Shown here in pieces: positions 24,769-35,604 of a DNA stretch of 64,000 nt. This DNA is from Lophium mytilinum. Its lineage: Eukaryota. The DNA lies in the NCBI GenBank assembly GCA_010093605.1, contig MU004190.1, forward strand, positions 1,633,599-1,697,598. The letters are read 5' to 3'. The stretch's first letter is position 1; the number at the start of each line of letters is the position of its first letter. The position numbers were made by a program, and so were the translations under genes. The notes below the pieces were generated by a model, which ran no database searches, was not told where the DNA came from, and saw only the letters and a program-made list of their open reading frames with translations.

Positions 24769-25005
24769 TCAAGAGCGCCGCCGTAGCAAGAGGTGGAAGT
24801 AGATGACGGCTAGGAGGATGGCGATGGGGAGGAGGACAGCGAGGTAGGACGGCGCGGCAGGGGCGGACTTCTTCATCTCGTCCAGGCAGGGCGCAAAGGT
24901 ACCGTCGGCGTTCCGCATGATGAAGAATTCGGGTGTCTTTGTGATGAGAGCTCCGCTGGTGTCGACCGCGCGGGACGCTGGATGGCGGCAGAAGATGGCG
25001 GGCAT
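24769..25005 (-). CDS. Small hypothetical protein with a C-terminal transmembrane helix
   Basis: 78 aa, ccaccATG context, GC-rich codons, hydrophobic YLAVLLPIAILLAVIYF followed by a basic RRRS tail. Confidence 0.45.
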   Translation of the reverse strand: MPAIFCRHPASRAVDTSGALITKTPEFFIMRNADGTFAPCLDEMKKSAPAAPSYLAVLLPIAILLAVIYFHLLLRRRS

Positions 25006-25612
25006 GGTGGAAGCTTTGAAGATTGTGGAAGAGGGAGTAAGCTGACCTCAGGAGAAGGGTTGAAGTATGGGCAATATGAGTGTTCTTTTACAATCAGTCT
25101 CACAGCTGGCTGCTGACCTTGAAGCCCTCATTTTCGAGGGAAGGGTCTCGCTAGGAAAGGCTTAGCGCCAATTTCCACCGCACGATACAAAAAGCTTCTC
25201 GTCGCCTCCCCTCCTTCTCTCCTACAAGGCGATCCGCCCGTCAATTGCGCACGGCGCCTGCGTCTGAAGAGAGTCATCCATAGCCTCCTCTCACCATTCA
25301 CGACATTGATTTTTGTACATTATGGCTTTGCCCGTTTGGTGTCGGAACATATTGAACTTCTTGAGCTGTGGACCGGGAGTGGCCTTTCTACTGCCCATCT
25401 TCCTGGTTCACTACGGCTCATACATACTATTCGGACAGCAATATACTGGCGAGAACTACCGCGTTTGGGCTATGACGCCATGCGCTGAGTGGTGCAGAAT
25501 TGTTGTGAACCCTCAAGTAGCTTGTAAGATGTTATTACCTCTCAGGTGTATATGAGGGCAGAGCGGATGAGGAGGAGATAAAGAAGAAATGCACACCTCC
25601 CGTGTCTCCATA

Positions 25613-25850
25613 CAGTACTAGGCCATAAGTCTGGGCATAAGAACTGATTTCTGCTTGGCTCTGAGTTGCTCACTTGACACCACTGTTGGGGATAGCCTGG
25701 TTGCTAAGTAGTTAGTTAGTAAAGAGATAGTCTAATCTGTAATGCTTGAAACTTAATCTTGCTGTTAGATCTAGGGAGTCTTGTGGGGTACCCCAAGCAG
25801 TGGTGAATCAGGGTGCCTAGACTTGTAGCCTATCACTGTAATAGAGGGCC
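25613..25850. repeat. Dispersed repeat R, copy 3 (AT-shifted, RIP-like changes)
   Basis: Aligns by eye to 8156-8378 with many C>T/G>A differences. Confidence 0.8.
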
Positions 25851-26945
25851 CTGCGGAGGAGTAGGCGGGGAGGAGGGGGCTGCTGTGGGGTGGGTTCTGG
25901 ATGCTGCTCCCGTGCTATTTGCCGTAGTGGAGGATAAGCTGGGCCGCCTCATGCCCATGCAAGCTGTTTCTCTGCTGATACAAAGTTCTGTGTGCTATTA
26001 TTTGAAGTGGCTGGCTCTACGCTGTCCTGTGATGATGATTTTGGAAGTATCAGTCAGCGAAGTCGATATTGGATAGACGGAGCCTCCTGTCCTGATGCCC
26101 ATATGCGACCGTTTGAGATGCTCTAATACGTCGTCAATATTTCACTGGAATTGAGTATTTCGCGGTTTGGTCTTGATCTCGCTGATGGCGAGTAATCTAA
26201 CACCCCTGCGTTTCCCTAAGATCGTCAGATGAGTCCTAGCTGTTGATCTCTTCTTCTATATATTGCAAAATCCATGCCGCCGTCGGAGGGGCCCCAGCTG
26301 TGCGCAGCAATGACGAAAGAAACAACCGTCTTCATGATTGGGCGCACGCTATCACATCACCATACTTCTAGCTCTTACTAGAGCACGGGTGCAAAGGCTC
26401 TCGATCTCAGTAATACTGCACGGCGCGCAACGGTTGAAGTTAGTTGCACTAATGCAGATTTCTTGGGCTTGCAATCTCTTTGGATGGCCTGACTCGCGCA
26501 TACTTCGACCTTTAGTTGGAGCATGTCGAAAGGGGTATTCAGGATTGTGATAGCTTTCAATACACATATTTCTTTCCATATTTAAGAGCATTTCGCATGC
26601 GTTTGAAGAAGTAATGCATATATTGCGATAGCATAATTTGAGATGTAAGTGCGCCCGCGGCGTAGATCAGGCACACCAAAGCGGTGATGTTTATGTGCGT
26701 CTGAAGGCTTTCTGAACCGGAAGCGTTTCTAGAACGCTCAAGTCGAAGCGTATTTGCAGACAATCGATCTGCTTTCGGACTACTAGGCCTTCGCTAGACA
26801 TAGCTAGTTATGAGGTAGAGAGATGCAATGATGGTACACGCGGAGCAATGATAGGCGGTTTCCAAATTCTGGCATAAATGGACGAGTTTGAGGTAACTAC
26901 CTTCCTCTGATATGTGCGTGTGAGAGAATGCTGGTGGAATTGCGT

Positions 26946-27183
26946 ACAGTACTAGGCCTTGATTCTGGGCATCTCGACTTATTACAGGTTAGATCCAACT
27001 TGCTCACTCCACACCACCGTTGGGGGTAGCCTGGCTGCTGAGCTGCCAAATAGTCAAAAGCAGTCTAATCTAGACTGCTTGAACCTCGACATCGCCTTTA
27101 GACCTTGAAAACGATCTGGGGGAACCCCCAAGTAGTGGCGAACCAGTGTGCTCAGACTTGTGGCTTGTCACTGGAGAAGGCCG
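26946..27183. repeat. Dispersed repeat R, copy 4
   Basis: Same core; perfect hairpin AAGCAGTCTA-ATC-TAGACTGCTT at 27058-27080. Confidence 0.85.
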
Positions 27184-27555
27184 GATAATAATCTGGGGCA
27201 TCTAAAACGTTAAGGAGACCATTTTAGGGTCTGATTGACCCTATCTAGTGTCGGAGTGTGCACTGAAGAGATTTAGCGGCCCATGACGAGGAACAATGCT
27301 CATACCACCCATATATCCGGGTGTTTAGGCAGCAGATATTTGGGACGTGGCTAAGATCTATGTCGATGTGTAGTGTTATGTGATGGGGCTGCGAGTCAAA
27401 TATCTTGTTTGTACTCTGTGCACAACTTTTTTGACTATGTCAACTTTAATTGTATCTAATTGCTTAATGATTCTATTTACCTAGGCTGCAATCACTTCCA
27501 TAAGTGTTCAATAATATAAATGATATGCCGCCTCTCCTGCTAAATTGTGCATCTC

Positions 27556-28410
27556 TCAAAAGAGTTTTCGCGGAGAGTCCTCAGGATGTTCCTTCAGCCC
27601 ACGCCAATCATCACTAACCGCTGCTATCCATCCTACGTCCGTTGGCGACGCGTGCTCCCAAGATTTGGTCGCCCCCAGCACCATCCGTACAAAACCCGAG
27701 TTTGCCACCCGATATTTGTGTATTTGTATTTTACTATTGCAAGCTGGGCCTGTGCAATGGAGTATCTGGGGCTCTGATGCCCATCTGCGAAGGTCGTGCC
27801 TGATGTACTTTGGAAAGCAGTAGTCAGAACAAAGCCCCTTATATCCTCCCGAATACATGGGGTAACTTCTATTATCGAACATCGTTGAAGTAGTTTGTAG
27901 GATTTTATCATCTTTCAAATGCAGGTGAGGGCAGAGCGGATGGTCGGTTTCGTTCAGCGTGCTCGTTAGTCTTGACAGACGCTTTGAAGGTGTAATGTCG
28001 GCGGGAACGCTCATTGCTTCAAAGAACGATTGATGGTGGAAAGATGTCCATGCGTGGGTACAGTCGTAGGCGGCAGATGTTCTTGAAGTCGTGACGCACG
28101 GTAAGATGTCTCCATGATGAGAGGAGTGTACATGTCGATGGTTGGTGTGGGTGCACGATATATAGTCCTTCCGCCGTGCAAAGTCTTTGAATTCGGAGTA
28201 TGTGAAGCTGCGGTGTGCACAGAGCCGGTACCTGTTTTCTAATGCCATTCCTCGACACCGGCGCTCTAGTGATGGATTTCTCATTTGCTGCGGTGAGAAG
28301 ACATAAGCAGGATGACGCTTCCCAGACGCGCTGCACCAGATGCGAAAGTATTGAAGGATATTCTTAGACGTGATCGGCACCGGCGTCGGCGGATCTGGGT
28401 GCTTTGCCAC
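27556..28410 (-). CDS. Hypothetical Cys/His-rich fungal protein (N-terminus unclear; possibly a pseudogene)
   Basis: 284-codon open frame with WCS..GKRHP...FS, CRG, RLCAH and LCPH motifs; no in-frame ATG at the 5' end. Confidence 0.5.
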   Translation of the reverse strand: MAKHPDPPTPVPITSKNILQYFRIWCSASGKRHPAYVFSPQQMRNPSLERRCRGMALENRYRLCAHRSFTYSEFKDFARRKDYISCTHTNHRHVHSSHHGDILPCVTTSRTSAAYDCTHAWTSFHHQSFFEAMSVPADITPSKRLSRLTSTLNETDHPLCPHLHLKDDKILQTTSTMFDNRSYPMYSGGYKGLCSDYCFPKYIRHDLRRWASEPQILHCTGPACNSKIQIHKYRVANSGFVRMVLGATKSWEHASPTDVGWIAAVSDDWRGLKEHPEDSPRKLF

Positions 28411-28781
28411 CTATTCTGAGATAGATTTTCTTTCCAAGGAGGAAACTATGCACATAGGCAGCAAAAAGGGGTGGCCCAAGCGCCCCACAAAGTCCTTTTG
28501 TTGACGGCCGCAACGAAAGCTCCGACTCTTCGGCCCACTACACGACAATCTACGTAAGTCTTGGAATCACCTTTCAAAACGTCCCATGAAGCTAATAGCA
28601 GTGCTCTAGCAGTGCTCTAGATCACTGTAGGGGTGACGCTACGTTCGAGACCAGCACCGAGCAGTAGCAGCAGCAAGCAAGCTCCACATCCGCGACAAGA
28701 AGCCAGAACCACCTCCACAACCTCCACGTCACCAGCTTCTCCGCCCTCTCTTCCTCGACCTCCGCCGTCGTCACCACTACC

Positions 28782-29204
28782 ATGCCGCCGCGTCGAGTCC
28801 GCCGCTGGGACCTTGGGGCGCCGCCGCCGGTGGATCGGGTCGCTTTGCAGACCAGGATCGAGTTGGCCGCTGAGCGCCGCGCCGCCGCCTACCTCCGCGC
28901 CAGAGAAGCTGCCGAAGAGGCCCTCCGCTTGCTCGGGTGGGGGCTGCAGATGCGCCGCCGGGGTGCTGTTGAGCAGGCCCGTTCCCTGGGGGAGGTCCGG
29001 GTGCCGCGAGTAATGGAGCCCTTCAGTGTGGCATTTTGCACGTACTTTCGTCTGGAGCGGAGGGTGATTGGGGACCTTCGGCGGGAGTTCACGTCTCGTG
29101 GCTGGCGGGTGCCCCATGGGGCGAGGCGGATGAGGCAGTGGGAGGAGTTGTTGGCGGCGTTGGCGTGGGAGTTGGGCCAGTCGTGGGACGAGATTGTGGA
29201 CTAG
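28782..29204 (+). CDS. Small hypothetical Arg-rich protein
   Basis: 140 aa, accATG context, GC-rich island relative to flanks; no recognised domain. Confidence 0.35.
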   Translation: MPPRRVRRWDLGAPPPVDRVALQTRIELAAERRAAAYLRAREAAEEALRLLGWGLQMRRRGAVEQARSLGEVRVPRVMEPFSVAFCTYFRLERRVIGDLRREFTSRGWRVPHGARRMRQWEELLAALAWELGQSWDEIVD

Positions 29205-30690
29205 ATAGATGTTTGGACTGGAGAGAGCTTCCTCGCCGTGACCTTGTGGCAATAAAAGTTCTGTTTGCCTGTCTGACTAAAGAACTTACCTATGCGTGAT
29301 CATGCGATGGCTATGACTGTAAGCTCTAATCTTGGTGTCTTGACCTGCCGTTTTGAGTTATGTTTATAGCTATCATGGGTCTCCTGGGCTTTTGATAGAT
29401 TAGACGGGCTGATGTAAAGGCTTATGCGTTTTGAATTGAGACTATGGAGTTAGTATAGTACTAAAGGCCATGAAGGTTACCTGGCAGTATGACCTCCAGA
29501 GACAGAGTGATGTAATTATTTAGCGTTCCAAATTAGCCGCATGGAGCTTGTAGCAGACAGCGGTATACTCACGCCATGGAGATTCTCCGAGATAGACGCT
29601 TTTCGATGAGTACGTGATGTAACGGTGCAGACTTCTCAAATGAGGACCGGAGTCCAAGCCTATTGACGATAGCTTCACACCCTTTAGGACCATCCTATAC
29701 ATGTAGCTTTAGCATGGCAAAGGATGTCAAGTTCTTCACATCCTAGATTGAGCGCGTGAAACGGCGGTCCCGCTATGGCAGTGAAGCGGCAGCATACCTG
29801 CAAGTAGCTGTCAAATAAGGAAGCATCATGACCTCATTTTGAAGGCCTTTTTCCGTTATATCATCCGGCTTCCCATGAAAGTCCATCATGATATGAGTGT
29901 ACTCGGAGAGCCTTCAAAAAAATGCGCCTTACCGCAAGAGTACGAGACTGGAGGCCCGGATTTGGGAATTCAGGGGATCTCATCTTCACTCTAGCAAGCA
30001 CTGGACAAGCATATGCATATCTTCGGGTTCGTGCGCGCGCAGTGTTAGGCCCTACAATCGCGTCTGGCGCCCCTGGGTAAACCAGCATAGTGAAGCAAGC
30101 AATTTAAAGCTCGCGCGACCTTGATCCAGAGCTCCGCGGATAGCTATTTCTCCAGCCGTGCGGTATGTCCGAGGGCAACTCTGACTTTGCATCTTCGCGA
30201 TCAGCGAACCGATCGGATCAGCGTGATATACCGTCTAACAAACTCCGTCTGGGTTGCGAGCGCAAAATGCGGGCATGCCGGTTCTGTGATGGAGAAATCG
30301 AGGCTTGGCATCGATGCATCACCAAATGCGGGTCTAGCGAGCGACAACCAGACCATCAACCAACAACGTTCTTCTACCACACTCAGTCCGCGATTCCACT
30401 GCGAAAGGATTCAATCCAGGTAAGAACAGCGAGATAGAGATAAGCTGGAAAGCACTCTGCACGGCTCCAGCGGCCGGCGGGGTGCGCGCAACGACTTATA
30501 GCTGCCCTCCAGCCAATGAGGAAACGCCGCCAATTTGCAAAGACAAGCGCTCACTATGGCTTCATGTCCTAGAACACAAAGCGCGAAGCTGGCTTATGAG
30601 CTGAGCGCATATGAATTGGTAGACTGCGGCTAATGGCTTGACAGCACCAAGACTGAGTTTGCAGACCCCCAGAGACGTCCAAACAGCGAA

Positions 30691-31080
30691 ATGTCGAGCA
30701 ATCAAGCCGAGCAATCCAGCACGGGTGGTGAACAGGACGGTATATCCAGCGGCGCAGAAAGCATGGGAATTTCGGACATGCTGGACTCCTTTCCGATGCC
30801 GCCAAACCATCGCAGCCGCCGATTCGGGAAGAGCAAGGCCACCGCCGTGGGCGAAGACGTGGAAGGAGCGGAGGTTTCCAGAATGGAGGATATAGAAGAA
30901 GAGAAGGAAGAAGAAGAGCATGAGGACGACAAGGCCGAAGTTCAAGAAAAGAAGAAGGTCGAAGTTCAAGAGACTGAGGAAGATACCAAAAACGAAGACG
31001 AGGAGATTGAGGGCGGATATGAAGGCGACGACGAAAACGATGGTAGTAAGGAAAAGAAGCAGACCTCGAGGGCAGCCTAA
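30691..31080 (+). CDS. Hypothetical protein fragment with an acidic low-complexity C-terminus
   Basis: 129-aa ORF with an E/D/K-rich tail; true start uncertain. Confidence 0.3.
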   Translation: MSSNQAEQSSTGGEQDGISSGAESMGISDMLDSFPMPPNHRSRRFGKSKATAVGEDVEGAEVSRMEDIEEEKEEEEHEDDKAEVQEKKKVEVQETEEDTKNEDEEIEGGYEGDDENDGSKEKKQTSRAA

Positions 31081-33941
31081 GAGGTTACAGGTACGGCATA
31101 TTTGGTAGGAGTGTAGGAGATAATTGGAAGATTTATGCTCAGCAGAAGAGACTTGCTAATTTCCTTGAATAGGCTTACTGGCAGGCATGCCCGCCGGATT
31201 TGACGTCGAGCTGGAGAGAGTTTTGACCGGCGAAGACATTGTCCGAGTTTTACTGGTAACCGGTTATGGAAGACAAAGGCGCAAAAATCCTCAAACCTGC
31301 CCCTGATTTGCGGGTGCTAGACGGGAGTGACAGGTCCTAAGTGCGATTTTAACGTTAACAGCTTACCAGAGAGCGATATATTTTGGTAAAAGCCGTGGAG
31401 ATATAGTGTTGTCCAACTATGACGGTGATCTTCCAGGTAACTCGGCCCCATATTCCACTATTTTGGTGTCCCGTTTTACTTCGGCCGACCGTTCTTGGTG
31501 GCCAGTGGGGGGTCCGTTCTTGCCCTCATTTTAGAGTTGACAGGATATCGCTTCTTCTCACAACATTTTCTTGCGTAGAGGCGTAAACACGGTGGTATAT
31601 TGCCTGTTCCGATATAGGAGCCGTGGTTCTAATCTACGCGCCACGTCTACGGCGAGCTGAATACGGACGAGTTTTTGAAATGACTAACCGTTGATCAAGG
31701 TATGAAGTCACTCTGTAGGAATTGGCTTTCAATCCTGTTGAGGCGAGAGAATTGTAACAGCTCGCAAAGGTTAGAGGTTGACAGCGTTTCCTTTCTCTCA
31801 CGATTCTTTTCCTTTCAGTCCTTAATGTAGCGGTCGACGAGACCGCGTATAGGCACACTGCCTGCAACAATGAACCACAGTAACAGTAAAAGCTTTGATG
31901 GCCGTTGCCCTTTTCGCTGTTTTCGCAGTGGATGAACTCAAGTTTTGAGTAGGAGACGTACTCCCGGAGAGGCACACGGAGCTCCATGTCTCGAAGGTCC
32001 AATTTTGAGTACATCAAGCTGCGAACTGAGTTCCTCTTGTGAGTTCGATGCACCCTTGACCACTAGAGCGGCATTATAGTGATGCCGAGTCACGCAGACC
32101 GCCGAGGGTGGCAATGCCGTAATGTCCTAGGGTGACCAGGCCAATACTTGGGTAGCCTCCTCCGTAACAAGCCCCGCAATATTGCTTTGTTCCCTTTCCT
32201 TGCTCATTTCCTGGTGTTGCTCTGCTTCCTTCGAGGTCGACGTTCCCAGGAGATTAACGCGTTCTGCGGCCGGCGCAGGTGGACATTATTAACTTCAAGA
32301 GGCAAGCATGCTCCCAGTATCCCTACTTCCGGGTCATTGAAAGCTTTCCAAGCCTTGGTGTGGGTCCACTGGATATCTTTCGAGTCTTTCGCTGATGGAG
32401 ACGGGGGCCTTCGATGATAATGTGGCTGTGGTTGATCATGGAGGGCTCTCAGGGCCGAGGGCTCCTAGGGCCTGCCACAGGCTTCGACGAAGGCTCCGTC
32501 CGCACCCCCGAGTACTCAGTTCAATCCGGCATTGGTTGTCATAGTTTGTCTGAAGATACGAAAAGCCGCCGGTAGGGCCTGTGAGGTGGAGGAGGTAAGG
32601 TAGGGCCTCTGTGGGTGGTGTTGCTGATGAGTCTGTGGACGGTGGGAAGCATTCGGAGGCAGTGAATTTCGACTATCCCGAGCGTCAAAGAGGTCTGTAC
32701 GTCTCAAGACACAGCATCCGTAGGTGTTTCTACGGCGATACGTTGTTGTTGGGTCGTAATGCTGGTGGTGTTGATGGAAAAATGGAGTGAGGTTGAAGTT
32801 CCTTGGCGCCTCCTTCGCGGCTTCCCCGAGACAGCAAGCCGATGACAGTCCATCAACAAGCCATCAACACCATTCGGAGGTCCTCTATGCTAGCCTTAGA
32901 ATCCTGCAATATCACGAATAGCACCATGGGTTTATCAGTCGCATACCGAGTGTCCACAGGCAGACCTAGGCCTGGCCCGAGTTCAGAAACGCGATGGATC
33001 CCCATGAAGGGCGCCATTGCCTCTCAACATCTCTTATGCCTTGTTTAAGCTGCGGCGTCTTATCAAAGAGATCTGTACCCTAGGGTCGGGCAGGAAACTG
33101 CTAATCAAGTGGTATAATGGGCGGAGAAGAAGTCATCCATGATTGAAGAGATTGGGTTGATTCGTCACAGTAAATATTATTCCATTGATTATCCCCATAG
33201 CTCGGCTCTCTGGGCCAATACTAAATCCATAGGTCCATTAATTCATAGAGTTCTATATAGCACGAAGCTTCTATAGAACCGCCCCCGACGCCTGGATGAA
33301 CAGCGGACATGCCTCATGCTGATCGTTTAGATGAAAGCTGTCAAGAAACTTCCGTCTATGAGCCACACTCCCTATACAGGAAGCCGAGTCCGCGAAGCCT
33401 GGCCTGAGCAACAAACAGACGTTTGGCCCATGCTCATACCAACGACAAGCAAGAGCAGCTGGCTTTGGTGGGATAGGATATCAACGCGTTGTTGAGGGTG
33501 GCCTAGCGAGCCTATAGCTTCGGGGAAAAGATCTGATCTTCAGTTGAATTCCTTGAAACCCTTGAAAGCACCACCAGCAACAGTGATGGAGTGTACTTAG
33601 GTCTGCACAAGTCACGTGCTAATGGGCACTCAATCCGACCAAAATCAGTTCGAAAACCTAATTAAACCAGAGTTCTGTCCATGAGAGCTTGCTGAGGCTC
33701 GATTTGGTGAACCTTGACCAACGCTAATGGCTAAAAGTCACGTGTAGACCAGCAGATACTCTGTTCATCATGACCAATCCTCGAATGCCGACTTCGACGC
33801 TCCGCTCTCCGCTCTCCGCTCTTGACACCACTTGAATCGTCGCTTAATAGTAAGTAACATTCAGAAACTCACTACGTGGTATCTATGTCCAGTGCACTCC
33901 GGACTCATCCAAACCAAAACGGCAATCGAGCTTCGCGCAGC

Positions 33942-34779
33942 CTAAAACGCAAGCCATCCGTTGTCGATCGGCACGCAAGCCCCATTCGCGACACTCCCAA
34001 CGTCAGAGCACAGATACAACACGCTCGCCGCAACCTTAGGCAATGGGCATACCGCTGGCTCGAATGCCGCCGTCTTCTCCATCATCGCAAAGCCCTCCTT
34101 GTTCATGCCGCTCGCAAAGGCGTCCCCAACGTTGGTCTGCATAGGCCCGGGTAGGATCGCGGTGCATCGGATGTTCTTCTTCGCGTAGAAAACGGCAGTG
34201 TTCTTCGTCAGGCCGATTATGCCGTGCTTGCTGGCAACATACGCAGCGCCTGAAGTTGATTTAGCTTCTGACTACAGCTATGGTAGCTTCCACTCGAAAT
34301 TGGGACTTACCGGCAGGGAAGCCCCTCACACTCGCAGTACTCGCAACATTCAATATCGCACCTCCTTGCGGCTCTTGCTTCAAAAACTGGTTCACCGCCA
34401 GCTTACTCGTCATCATCGGGGCCGTGAGGTTCACCGCAATGACCTTATCCCACAACGACTTCTCCAGATCGCCAACGGGGTCGAAGAGGTCCATGATGCC
34501 CGCGTTATTGACTAACACGTCTAGACGACTGAACTTTGCGAGCACCTTGCTCATCAGGTCTTCGAGTGCTGGCCCATCTGTAAGATTCGCTTCCAACGCC
34601 AGAACACGGCCCGAGTGTGCAGCCGAGAGCTCTTCATCTGTCGCAGACAGGCGCGCCTTGTTAACATCAACAATAACCACATTCGCGCCAGCTTCGAGAA
34701 ACGCAGTCGAGATCGCCTTGCCCAGGCCGCCCGCGGCGCCGGTCACAAGCACCGTTTTTCCGGAGTAAGATTCTGCCAT
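33942..34779 (-). CDS. Classical short-chain dehydrogenase/reductase
   Basis: TGAAGGLG, NNAG and YVASKHG (YxxxK) motifs, C-terminal DNGW; one intron 34310-34250. Confidence 0.95.
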
Positions 34780-35604
34780 GGTCGATACGATTTACGGTTA
34801 ATTTAACGTATCCTGGATTTATCCTGGGGAGTTGCACATGGAGACGTGCTCGAAATGACAAGGCATCGCGATGTTAAAGACCCAGAAGTACGGCGGCCGG
34901 CATTCCAAAGCTTCCAGAACCTCCGGGAGTGGGGTTTCTCGGACACGGCATCAGCTGATTGCGAAGAGGAAGATGGCTCGGGAATGCTTTTCGAAGGCGG
35001 AAAGAGGGGAATAGGGTGATAATGATGCCGCAGGAAGATTTCGGTATTTCGAGAGATGCCGGCTTGGCGGAACAGTCATATTGGGGTTAGTCATGAGAGT
35101 TGAGCTGCATTTCTTCAGATCTGGGTTGTGTATACACGGAGCCCCTTCTGTTGCTTGTGCATTACACTGCCATGGTGCGCAATTTTGGGCCTGTTGATGC
35201 TAAACGGTCGAGAATTTAATTTGTAACGTCGAAAGCCGGATTATGTTGCGTAAACTCCCTAATGCTAGAGCTCATCGTTCCACCGCACAACAACCCAAAC
35301 ACTACGCCTCCTCTTGCAGGTGCAGCAATACTAGTATTCGTTCCAAGACATTGCTTCTCTAGTCACGTACCACGAAGTTGCGAGTTGTGAACCTTTATTT
35401 CCCTACTCATGTACCACAAGGTAACTGTTGACAAATAAACTATATACCTGTACTCTAAGCCCGAATAACAAAAGAACACGATCAGAAGGAGCGACTTTGA
35501 GAAAGACATACCCAAAAGAAGCCGACCCCGATCTGCAAAAACACCATCAGATTATTACCACCTTCCCCATTCCGCCTTCTCTTCCGCTTCAGAACATCTC
35601 AGTC

